From the NCBI GenBank assembly GCA_003614675.1, contig ML002395.1, positions 1 through 34,163 on the forward strand: 34,163 bases of DNA. Reading direction: 5' to 3'. The position numbers and the translations under genes are program-made. The notes below the pieces were generated by a model, which made no database searches, was not told the DNA's origin, and saw only the letters and a list, made by a program, of their open reading frames with translations. Below are positions 11,977-22,950 of the stretch, piece by piece. The DNA comes from Dimargaris cristalligena (taxonomy: Eukaryota). The first letter of the stretch is position 1; each line of letters begins with the position of its first letter.

Positions 11977-14900
11977 ATGTCCGTTAACCTAATAGAATCC
12001 CCTTCGCCCTCCGATTCCTCTGCTTGCGTTCGTGACACCTCCGCTCCTATTGCTTCTATTTCTACACCTATTTCCTCCACCCCCGCGCCTGTGGCTCCCC
12101 GCGTCAGCGCCTTTCAAATTGGACCCGCGGTAACCGCTGCCCCCCTCACAGATACCATGAAAACCACCGATAGCGCCGCTGCGCCATCCAGGGAAAGGGT
12201 AAGTCACATGTTCACCAACCTTGTCTCTGGGCCCAAGCCTCCGTCCTGGATCGCCTAAAGTGACAGAGGGCCCCTGGGTTAGGACACTCGGCTACCACTG
12301 GCCAATATTGATAGGCAGTGGCGGCCCGGGGATTATTGATATCCGCCCCTGGCACCTGCTCCTCACTCTCCCTCTCTGGTGGGTGATGCACCTCTTTGGG
12401 AGGCCAGGGTGTGTGTACTCACCCCTTTATTATGCCGTGACCTACCCTGCCCGGGGTATGTCTCCCTCTACGTTGACCTCTTCACCCCAATCCCACAGCA
12501 TTGGGCCTGCTTTCGCCCATTGCACGCCCGGTCTAGTGGTGTTTTCATCAACTGGTGCTCTGTTCTGGGATCTGTCTTGGTTCTATATATTGATCTTACT
12601 CCGACTTGCCCTGTCTATTTTCACCACTCAGTTGGATTGACCTATTCAGCCAATCGACGTCAATAATATATCCAGTACTTACTTGATTTACCACTTGTTT
12701 ATCCCCTTGGTATTCCTTTTTATATTATATTTTATTTCCCCATAACCCTTTCTATCGTTTATAGCAGATGGCAGCCAGCCCGGATTCGTCGTCCCTACCC
12801 AAAACGGTGTCCCTATTACGATTGAAGAATACGCCCACCAACACCGTGCCGGTGGTCAAATCGCCTCGGATCAAACCCCTCTCTTCCCGCTTCAATACGA
12901 GCACATCCGTAACTTGGGAAGACCTGCCCCTCTTCAAAGGTAAGCCACTGCTTTTACTCCGACCCTCTCCAGTAACGGCTAGCGTAGTAATCCGGTTAGT
13001 TGTCACCGTCTTATTACCAGTTCCTGGTACTTACCTGACGAAGGAGTCACTATGGCTCGTATTTAAACCAATACACGCCCTTCGCCAAAATAGAGCAAGA
13101 CCCCCCACCAGACTTATCTTACCTTTTTTAACTTTGAATGTTTTCCCTCGGTGATAACCCGCTAACCCTAACCCTCTCCAGAGATCTCCGACGATGCTCG
13201 ACCTGCGCTCCTCCTCAAAAAACTTGAACAATGCTCTATTGTATTCGATTTTACCGACCCTACCTCCCACCCGGCCTACAAGGAAGCCAAGCAGAAGTAC
13301 CTGGTCGATTTAGTGGACTACATTGCCCACAATCGCAATGTTATTGACGAGCCTGTCTATCCCGCCGTGTTTTCAATGGTAGGTATCTGAGCGGTAATTA
13401 TTATTGACCGATGCTGCTTTTTTTTCTAGAATATTGGCAATATAATTTAAAATATTGAACATGAGAAGTGACAAGCATTAGGACCAATATGTTTACTAAA
13501 CAACCCTGTCTATTGTCTGTGTGTAACTTGTTCCTCTCCTTTTTACTGCTTTAGTTTGCTGCCAACCTCTTTCGAACGATTCCACCCCAGGTTAATCCCA
13601 TGGGAGAACAATTCGACCCGGACGAGGATGACCCAGTCCTGGAGGTTGCCTGGCCCCACCTCCAAATCGTATACGAATTTTTCCTCCGATTCATTGAAAG
13701 CCCAGACTTTAGCCCTGCTGTTGCCCGCAAGTACATTGACCACAAATTTATCCAAGAGGTACGTCATTTTGCTATAAATTTCTTTGCCGGCCCTTGGTTA
13801 TCAAGCGTGTCTGTCGTCAAAGGCAATTAGTTATGAGATATCCTATACTCACCGTAGTCAATTGGAAAGCCCTGCCTGCCTTGGTGCTTGGCTACAATAG
13901 CAATTCTTCAACGCCTCTCATCCGTTATGTTATCAATATTACTTGATTATATCTCCTACTGCGGTTCATTGGTAACCGGGCATTAGCTTCTCGACCTCTT
14001 CGACAGTGAAGATCCCCGAGAACGCGAATATTTAAAGACGACGTTACATAGGATTTACGGAAAATTCCTTCACCTTAGGGCCTTTATCCGCAAGGCAATC
14101 AACAATATATTCTTTTACTTCATCTACGAACAGGAAAGGCACCACGGTATTGCTGAATTATTGGAAATTCTGGGCAGGTAAGCTTCCACTGGTATTCATT
14201 AACTATTCAAATTAACGGCGAGTGCCTAGATCTTCAGCGGTATGTATTCCAGAGCCCCCTTGCGGATCAATTTGCATAAATATTCTGGCCACCGCCTAAA
14301 ACCTTGTGCTCTTATTTATATTATCACCAATTCGGCTTTATAGTATCATCAATGGGTTCGCACTACCACTCAAGGAGGAGCACCAGAATTTCCTCACCAA
14401 GGTCCTACTCCCCCTGCACAAGGCCCGGCCCCTGATTGTTTACTACCAGCAACTCGCCTACTGCACCGTTCAGTTTCTCGAGAAGGACCCTAAGCTTACC
14501 GATAAAGTAGTGCACGGCCTACTCAAATACTGGCCCAAGGTGAGCAGCCCCAAGGAGGTTATGTTTCTCAATGAGATGGAGGACATATTGACCAATATGG
14601 ACGATGAAATGTTCGGCCGCCTCTGCATACCTGTCTTCAAACAAGTGGCCCGTTCTATGGCCAGCCCCCATTTCCAAGTGGCTGACCGGGCCCTGGGATA
14701 CTGGCGGAATGACTGTGTGGTGGAGTTGATTAGCCGCCATCGAACAACGATTCTACCCATTGTGTTTCCGGTTCTGAGTAAGTTTTCCAAGGGCCACTGG
14801 AACCGGAATGTCCATCAAGTGATGTACAACACTTTGCAGTTTTTTATGGACGAGGACCCCGATTTGTTTGAAAAATGTTTACGGCAGGCCCGCGAACAGC

Positions 14901-15550
14901 GGCAGGGCGAGCGATTACGCATTAAACAGCGGGACATCGTTTGGGATCATGTCCAAGGGATTGTGTCGGCAAAGCAGCGCCCATCCACCCCCAGCGGTAA
15001 CCCGGAGGCCAGTCCACCACAGGCCTCTTCACTGCTCTCCCCGCGAACCCATCGTCGCCTTCTCTTGGTCAACAGTGACCGCACCTTTCTTGGGATAGGC
15101 TCGGTAGTCGGGGGACCCAATCGTTCCCGGGCCGGGTCACTCGAATATGAGGAGGACGTGGATATGCTCGAGAGCCTGCAGCAGTCGCTGGTCGACGGCA
15201 GCCATGAGCCCCTAGTTGGCCACCCGCCACCCGAATTCCGGCGGCGCAAATCGGTGTTGCCCATGGATGAGCACGTACTTCGGGAATTGACGCAGTACCG
15301 GGGGCCCGAGTCGTTGGTGGATATGGAGATGGATTTTGGAGACCTACGGTCGCCCACTTCTCCGTACTACTGCGACGCTAATGGACGACCAGTGGATTTG
15401 GACACTTCGACGCCGGCCATGACAGCCACAGTGGTGGCGGCCACCGCTGCGGCGACTCGGGCTGCGTCCGACCTGGTATCTGATTTAAACACTGCCACTT
15501 GCGCCACCTCCCCGTCAACCACCGCACCCACGACTATATCATATCTTTAG
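11977..15550 (+). CDS. RTS1: PP2A regulatory subunit B' (B56; Rts1/Par1 family), 6 exons, ~730 aa
   Basis: Exons 11977-12198, 12765/12768-12939, 13182-13378, 13555-13758, 13987-14177 and 14344-15550 join in frame. Motifs: [86 protein letters not shown]. Exon 1 is the least certain. Confidence 0.95.
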
Positions 15551-15664
15551 AATGTAGTAGACCAAGCATTAGTGTGTGGGTAGCGGAGCGCCGTTGTATA
15601 TCCGACCCGTTTATCCGAAGTGGATCTCTAATTCACCTTTATATATATAAATGTTTATAGACGT

Positions 15665-15666
<2 letters not shown>

Positions 15667-15697
<31 letters not shown>
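15667..15697. repeat. (AT)n microsatellite 3' of the B56 gene
   Basis: Uninterrupted AT dinucleotide run. Confidence 0.95.
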
Positions 15698-15700
<3 letters not shown>

Positions 15701-16603
15701 ATGTAATTGCTCGGCCTCCGTTAGTACTTCGTTTCCGGTTATTATGTTTACCTTCGACTTGCTTTTTTACTTTCGTATTTTTTTTTCAGGTTATTATTTT
15801 CAAAAAAACTGTTTGTCCACCAACCATTATTACTCTCTACTTTATTTTATATAATTTTATACTATTTGATTTTCCATTGTTTTTGGTGCAGCCGATATTT
15901 TTGACACCCGCTTACGTTTAGTTTATACATCTACGATATCGACCGCGGCATGGTCACATTAACGCGTATATATCTTATATATATTCCCTTGGGCTATAAC
16001 GAACATTTTACTATTTGGCCATTCCACTTTGTCCAGTTTTATATATATACATATATATATACCACCTAGTCTCGTGTAATTCTTAACCTGACACTAGTAG
16101 TATATTTATTTTTCTAAATTTGATGAAATTTAATGAGAGCAATAACTCTTTCGGTTGGTTTGTTATATACTTAATATCACATTTATATATCGTTTGCTCA
16201 TCTACCTACGCCTCTACTATTTTTGCAGCTGATTATACCTAACCTCATAATACTTTTGCGTCTAGTTAATTATTATAATAAATCGTTAATTGTGTTTTTT
16301 TAGTGTGGTTTTGACTTTATAGTCCCGAGGTCTTAAAACCTCTTTTGCCATTGCTCTGGTAATAAAAAAACTAGAGGTGAGAATGGCCAAATCTTCTCAA
16401 ACTAGGAACCTTAGTTGTAGCTACATTAATGAAATGCCTCGCCATACCAATACGGTGGTATTTTTGTTGGATTCTCTAACGAGTTGAGTTGGCTTTTTTG
16501 ATCTCCGAGACCCGTGTTTATATAGGTGAATGGCAGCAAGTGTTAATTTGGGACAGTCCATTTATCTCAGCAATGGTTATTGCCCCCTTTAAACTCACGT
16601 ATC

Positions 16604-16747
16604 AAATGGGAGTAGTTCAACCAGGCTGTATAACAAAAAATCCATTTGATGAGGCAAATACTACTGGTTGAAAATAAACATCCCACCAATTTTCCCGCAC
16701 ACATATCAGTTAAAACCTTATACCACTAAGCCGAACTTCACCCATAT
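16604..16747. mobile_element. MITE copy 1 (144 bp, degenerate TIRs)
   Basis: Colinear with 27853-27996 and 29407-29550 (shared core ctgtataac.aa.aatcc..t.gatga.g.aaata.tactggt). Ends are atgggagtagttc and gaacttcacccatat. Confidence 0.8.
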
Positions 16748-18003
16748 TATCTCGTTCAGCGGGAACGACCGACGGTAGGATTTGCCAGGCGATTTTCCTT
16801 CCACCGGACAATTACACCACTATGATGTGGTGGAGACTCTATTGGGATGAGGCAATAATCGTGTTGTGATGGTGATTGGCATCTACCACTACCACTATTA
16901 TTGATGATTGGCATTATCATTCCGCCCATCCAATTGTATTTTAATGTTGGGAGAAGGGGTTGGAGTAAAGCGAGCCGAGCAACTACCACTACCGGTCCTT
17001 TGGATGGGTTGGCCTTCCGGGCCAAGTGTGAATAAGCGGGGGGAGGGGGAGGCTATTACCATTCAAAGCTCTAGTTGTGGCAACTGTCAGCTCCAATTCA
17101 TATTGAATAGAACCGGTTTTTTCATTCTCAGACTGATCCACGCTTATATACTCTCTCCCCTTGCTACATTATCTTTCCTTCTCCCCTTATTGACATAGTA
17201 GGTCTAGATTATACCGAATTGCATTACTATCATTGCTAGGCTTACTTTACAGTTGGGGATAAATGGGGGGAAGAGGGAGTACTCTCCGTCATAAAAGGGG
17301 GATGGGGACCCAGCCAATGCCAGCGCCATAATGGGGGGGTGGTGAATTCAAAGTCCGGCTGGTTATATATGCGGAACGGGCCCCCCCTCCTTTCTCCCCA
17401 TCCCATTCTACTAATGTATATATGCGTGTGGTACACTGGGAGGTATAGGCCGCATACAGAGACCATTCTATCCCGTGGTTGTCTTTCTCTTCTATTAACT
17501 ACCTTTGGAGGTTTTTAGTTGACTCCATCCACCTTGTTCTTCCTAATGTTATTCTTATAACCTACCATTTCTCCTTTTCCTTCATGTCTTTACTAGTCCT
17601 TACGAATTCCTTCCTCGGTTGGTATTATTGACTAATTACCCACTCCGCCTCCCTTGACGTGCGCTATTTAAATAGCCGCCCCTGGTTACTCACTTGCGAC
17701 ACTCCGTTGTCCATACCTAATTATTCACTTCTATTCTCTCTCTCTGTTATTATTTACCAAACCCCTGGCTCGTTCTTAGCTGCTATTACTCCAACTGACC
17801 TTGTCCGCTTTGGGCCTTATTTATTCGAACCTGAAGCCACTACCTTGTCTTTTATTTTTCGGTGAGTTTTATCACCTTGTCTTGTCGCTTATCTGGGTGT
17901 ATACACCACCCGCTGTTCGTTCAAGCTCCGCTTCCTGCCTCTCTCTTGATCGGTCCGCCTCCACCTCTACCAGCTACCGTGTCCCCTTTCACCCACTCAG
18001 TTT

Positions 18004-18025
18004 CTCTCTCTCTCTCTCTCTCTCT
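18004..18025. repeat. (CT)n microsatellite in the leader of the GH72 gene
   Basis: CT dinucleotide run. Confidence 0.9.
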
Positions 18026-18102
18026 TTCTCCCCCAAGCCTGACTGGCCCGGCCCTTGTTACACCCGTACGCCCCTTCCCTTCCACACCCGGTTCTTCTCG
18101 CC

Positions 18103-19668
18103 ATGCGTTATTGGCCCGCTCTCCTCGTGAGCACCGCCCTGCTCGCAGTCACTCCTGTGGTACAGGCTGCTACCAAAGTGACCAACCGCTTGACCATCCA
18201 GGGCACTCGTTTCTACGAAACCAAAAGCAAGCAGCAGTACTACATCAAGGGGGTGATTTACCAGCCCAACAACACCAATGAACTGACCATACCCGATCCG
18301 TTAGCCGACGCCTCCGGCTGTGAGCGTGATATCCCGTACCTACAGGACCTGGGCGTTAATACTATCCGGGTCCCCATCACCGATAACGACCAGGACCACG
18401 ACGACTGCATGAACCAGCTGGCCGATGCCAATATCAATGTATTCCTGGATTTGCTTTCGGTCAACGCCTCCATGCCGGCCTACGACACCTTCATGCTGGA
18501 CGACTTTGTCAAGAAAATCGACACTTTCCGGAAATACCCCAATTTCGTGGGTGTATTTGCCGGTAACGAGGTGGTAACCTCCAACGTGACGACCGTGTCC
18601 GCCGGTTACGTCAAGGCCATTGTGCGCGACGTGAAGGCCTATATTGCCGCCCGTGAAATCCAGCTCTACGTTGGCTACTCGTCCGGCGACGACCCGGTAA
18701 CTCGAAATAACATTATGCAGTACATGAACTGTGGTAACGTCAAGGACCAAGTCGATTTCTACGCCCTCAATCTCCACAGCTGGTGCGGCGACGATGTCAA
18801 TTTCCAGAACAGCGGCTTCGAAGATGCCACCAAGAACACGACCAAGCTCACTGTACCCGTGATTATGGGTGAATTCGGATGCAAGGGCGAGCGCCCCCAG
18901 AGTTTCGGCGAGGTCGGCCCCCTCTTTGGCAGTGAACTAGTGGACACCTTTTCCGGCGGTTTCGCCTCTTCCTACGGCGATAACTCCACCGACTACGGTC
19001 TGGTCGCCATTACCAGCAAGGGGGTCAAGACGCTGGACGAATTCGACAACCTCAAGGACCAGTACAGCCAAGCCTCTCCCAAGAGCGTTTCTATGGACAA
19101 GGCCGACCCAATCGCCCGCAAGTCGCAATCATGCCCCCGTATTACTCCCGACTGGTTATCCGCCTTGACGCTGCCGCCCATGCCGTCCCCTAAGGCCTGC
19201 CAATGCCTGGTCAACTCCTTCACCTGCGCTCTCAACTTCGGTAGCGAAGACACCGACATGGACGCTCTGAACCGAACCAACCAGCGCATGTGTCCCGCCG
19301 GAAAATGTTCCGAAATCTTCGCCGACCCCGCCAACGGCGTCTACGGCACCTGGACCATGTGTCCGTATGAGGTCAAAATGGCCTTTATGATTAACCAGAA
19401 CTACACCAAAATCACCGACGATTCCGAAAAGACCTGCAAGTACAAGTCCCTGGACACCTCAATCGTCAAGAACCCTAAAGTAGAAGATATGAAGACCTGC
19501 TCGCGTTTGCGGTCGACCTTCGAAAAGGATGTGGCGGCTGAGCAGGATGAGGCCGCCGCCTCAACGTCGGCCGGTGTCCCGATGGCCCATATTCTAATTG
19601 ATAATAATTCGTGGAAGAGTTGGGCAGCCATGGCCCTCACTATTGGGTTTGCTACCCTGGTGCTCTAA
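18103..19668 (+). CDS. GAS1: GH72 beta-1,3-glucanosyltransferase (Gas/Gel/Phr family) with Cys-rich X8/CBM43-like domain and GPI signal, 521 aa
   Basis: Signal peptide MRYWPALLVSTALLA. Motifs YIKGVIYQ, DPLAD...CERDIPYLQDLGVNTIRV, catalytic FAGNEV and GEFGC, then CQCL..C and a hydrophobic C-terminus. Intronless CDS. The ATG at 18103 is preferred over the track's TTG at 18055. The symbol denotes family only. Confidence 0.95.
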   Translation: MRYWPALLVSTALLAVTPVVQAATKVTNRLTIQGTRFYETKSKQQYYIKGVIYQPNNTNELTIPDPLADASGCERDIPYLQDLGVNTIRVPITDNDQDHDDCMNQLADANINVFLDLLSVNASMPAYDTFMLDDFVKKIDTFRKYPNFVGVFAGNEVVTSNVTTVSAGYVKAIVRDVKAYIAAREIQLYVGYSSGDDPVTRNNIMQYMNCGNVKDQVDFYALNLHSWCGDDVNFQNSGFEDATKNTTKLTVPVIMGEFGCKGERPQSFGEVGPLFGSELVDTFSGGFASSYGDNSTDYGLVAITSKGVKTLDEFDNLKDQYSQASPKSVSMDKADPIARKSQSCPRITPDWLSALTLPPMPSPKACQCLVNSFTCALNFGSEDTDMDALNRTNQRMCPAGKCSEIFADPANGVYGTWTMCPYEVKMAFMINQNYTKITDDSEKTCKYKSLDTSIVKNPKVEDMKTCSRLRSTFEKDVAAEQDEAAASTSAGVPMAHILIDNNSWKSWAAMALTIGFATLVL

Positions 19669-20357
19669 ATTACCCTCTTGTCGTTTTGCTCAATGGTACT
19701 CGTTAAGGGGGGGGTTATGCCTTTGGGTACTTCTCACCATCCCTTTGCTGTTGTTCACACTCTCCCCCCTCTGAATCCTCTTCTCCTACGATTTACCTCT
19801 TTTTCATTCTACTTATCCTCTTTTGTTGATTATTTATTTTAGCACTATCCATGATGGCCTTAAGGTGCTTGTGTGGATGTTGGCGTATGTTTTTTTTTTT
19901 GCATTCCATCGGGCACTATTCATTTCCACTAGGTTGTCGGGTTACTTGCCTTGGTTCAATAATACCCCCCCCCCCTCATTCCTTTACGCATCCGCCATGC
20001 CTCATTTACGTTTCCGTATCACTCGCCAACCCTCTTTCGTCACTGCCAGAATTATCCAGACCATTAGCATCAGCCACCCATTAAAACTATTTTAGTCTTT
20101 TCGGGGAACGTCCGGCGATTTGGAAGTTGTAGTTGACCTATACTGACGCCTAAATGGGGGTAGATTTTGACAGGAGGTAAAGTGAGAAGGGGTTTTTAAG
20201 GAGAGGGGGCCTGGTAATTAGTCTGTAAAAGGCAGTGGGGGATGGGTCAGACTTGGTTTGTAGAGGTATTTATATAGTACGTATAGAGTTGGGATGTTAG
20301 GAATAAATAGTGGGAAATAAGACGCGTATCGAACTAATATGTAATAGTGATGTGCTA

Positions 20358-21944
20358 CTACAGCGAACGGTGCTTCTCAATGAATCCTTTAATGTCAAAC
20401 ACGCCTTGGTCGTTCTTGGTAATAACCCCCAGTTCCGTGACGATAGCTTCGATCAAACAGGCGGGCGTCACATCGAACGACGGGTTCCAGGCCTGGATAC
20501 CCTGGGCGGCCAGCCGCATATTGTACTTTTGGGACCGCTGGCTGGTACCGCTCGAGTGGTCGGCGGGGGAGGAGGGAAGAGGCGATTCGGCGGGGGTTTT
20601 TCGCCCGGACGCCCGGGGGGCAAGGCCATTTCCATCATCATTATTGCCGACGTCAGCCACCACGGGAGTAGCCTGGCCGACAATGGACAACATTTCCTCT
20701 TTGGGCCGTTCCTCAATGGTAATCGCCGCTCCGGTCGCCAACTTCAAATCAATGGAAGTAGTGGGGGCCGCGACGATAAAGGGTACCCCGTGGTACTGGG
20801 CGGTGATGGCGAGTTGGTACGTCCCGATTTTATTCGCGGTATCCCCGTTAGCGGTGACACGGTCGGCGCCCACCACAATGGCGTCCATGGGTCGACTGGC
20901 GAGCAGCGCGGAGGCCATGGAATCGGTGATGAGCGTAGCGGGAATTTTATCGTGAACCAATTCATAAGCGGTGAGTCGACTGCCCTGGTTATACGGCCGG
21001 GTTTCGGTGCAGTACACGTGGATCCGACCGATGGACCGGAAATTCAGGCTGCGGATAATACCCAGGGCGGTGCCCCAACCGGCGGTGGCTAAAGCGCCGG
21101 TATTGCAGTGGGTGAGGACGGTATAGGTCGGGTTGTGGATAGGGGTGGTGGCAGTGAGGCCATCCAAAATGGCCTGACGGTCCAGGTGCCGGGCTTCAAT
21201 ATATTCGGCCCCGAATTGGCCAATGTGCTTGTTGTCTTGGATATCCCGGTCTAGCATGGCCTGGCCGTACTCCAGCAGCGCCCGCTTCAGCTGGCCAACG
21301 GTGGTAGTAGTAGTAGTAGTAGTGGTGGTGGTCGGTGCTGAACTGTCGCTGGGGTAAGCCAATTCGTTTAATTCCCGGGAGAGGCGTGTGGTGGCCTCGA
21401 ATAGATTGACCGCGGTAGGCCGCGAGGTTTGCAGATACCGGATGGACTTGTCCAGGTAGGACATGAAACTGTCCACGGTCGGGAAGGTGTGGTGGGCCGC
21501 GTAGGTGTCTACCACTAGGGCCAGGACGGCCACAATAGCAATGGCGGGAGCTCCGCGAACCTGGCGCAATAATAGTAATAATAAAATGCACAGTTTGAGG
21601 GAGGGTATTGAATGGGTAAGTAAAGGGTACGCGAGATAAAGTGGAGTGAAGTGCTATATCAGATACCCTTCCTTGCTTGCTTGTGTCACACGGGCTTATC
21701 TTCACGGCGAATTTATATATATATATATATAATTCACTGGCTCTACTGTCCAGAGTACGACCAATCCCTATGGGCTGGCTCTTCTTACCTGCATGGTATG
21801 AATGGCCCGGTGACCCTCCTGGAGATTGCGAATAGGCACATGGACGGTCTCAAAGGGCAAGAGGAGCTGGTCGAGAATAGTGAGCTGGTGGGGAGGTTCA
21901 AACAGAATGGCCTGCAGCGGCGAGAACATTTGCAAAGAACCCAT
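20358..21944 (-). CDS. MRI1: Methylthioribose-1-phosphate isomerase, 2 exons, ~452 aa
   Basis: Exon 21944-21789 (LQAILF..LTILDQLLLP..AIHTMQ; alternative ATG at 21929) plus exon 21560-20358. Motifs VRGAPAI, SRPTAVNL, LTHCNTGALAT, ETRPYNQGSRLTAYEL, VGADRV..NGDTANKIGTY, NPSFDVTP. Confidence 0.96.
21301..21332 (-). repeat. (ACC/ACT)n trinucleotide repeat encoding poly-Thr in MRI1
   Basis: gtggtagtagtagtagtagtagtggtggtggt on the + strand, giving a Thr run in the translation. Confidence 0.9.
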
Positions 21945-22950
21945 AAGGTCGAACTAAAGTATAATGGGGGGGGAGGGGAATAAATGGAGCAGTCTACAGT
22001 GCAGCTGGGGAAAGGGGTTTGTGCCAACGTAGTTGGGTGCCAGTGGGCCGGGTCTTTTTATAAAGGAAGGGTGGGAAATGCGTATGGGCAAGTTAGTTTT
22101 CGGGTGGTGGTGGCAACGGGTATATATATATTTATAATATATACATATTCTCTAATGTGACACCGCTCTCCTATATACTTCATGACACCGCTAGGGCTGG
22201 TGATGCGCTTAAAAAAATCCCCCCAAACGAGGGAACAGAGCCTATCATTGTATCGAGTGAGGCGCCAAGTAAAGAGAAGAGAAGATAAACCTGAAAAAAA
22301 GAGTGTCCTCTGCGCACCTCACTTCTTAGTCGATCAGAGAGTGTAAAATCCGTGGGACACTGTCGTGATGCTCCCCAGAAGCCACAACCAATCGATTGCG
22401 TTGACGAGCAAGGGAGAGGAGCTATGTCCGAAGCCGGCCATTACTTCTCTCCTCCCCCACTCATCCCCCAAAAACCGCCTGTATTATACAGTAGCCGACG
22501 ACACTCCCCCTCCTCCATTAGCTAGATTTCCCTATAGAGAGTTCTCCATGGCCTCCCTCCCCTCACTGTCCACCTGGCAAGCGACACACTCCCTCTCCCC
22601 TCCTTCCTTTCCTCCTTCACTAACTTCGCCATTGTTTACACATTCGTCATACCCACCGGCTATTTATATAGATTAATTAATGGTATTGGTTGATCATTAT
22701 ATATTGGTAATGAACCTGATAAAACCAGTTGAGCTGAATAGCAGGATCTGCGAACCCAAGGTCTTACGCTTAGTAATAATACGAGTAAAGGTAAAAAGGG
22801 TGAGAGAGAGAGTGAGAGTGAGAGAGATTGGGAAGGGGGAGGCAAAAGTCGAGGAGCCAACGGACGCCAGAGGAGATTACTATATGAAGGGTGGGCTGCT
22901 CTATAGTACATGGTCGAGAAATAGGGGGGGGACACACCGGATACCGGCTT

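Noticed and set aside
12221..12666. ORFs inside B56 intron 1
   Set aside because: Non-ATG starts in the track, no recognisable domain and no good flanking splice sites.
14470..15357. Minus-strand and alternative-frame ORFs over B56 exon 6
   Set aside because: Shadows of the real exon, with no independent signals.
17663..17676. Rlm1/MEF2 site upstream of the cell-wall gene
   Set aside because: CTA-TTTAAA-TAG has six central A/T bases rather than the four of CTA(W4)TAG.
18258..19640. Several minus-strand ORFs
   Set aside because: Antisense shadows of the GH72 gene.
20310..21092. 260-aa and 202-aa + strand ORFs
   Set aside because: Antisense shadows of the GC-rich MRI1 coding exon.
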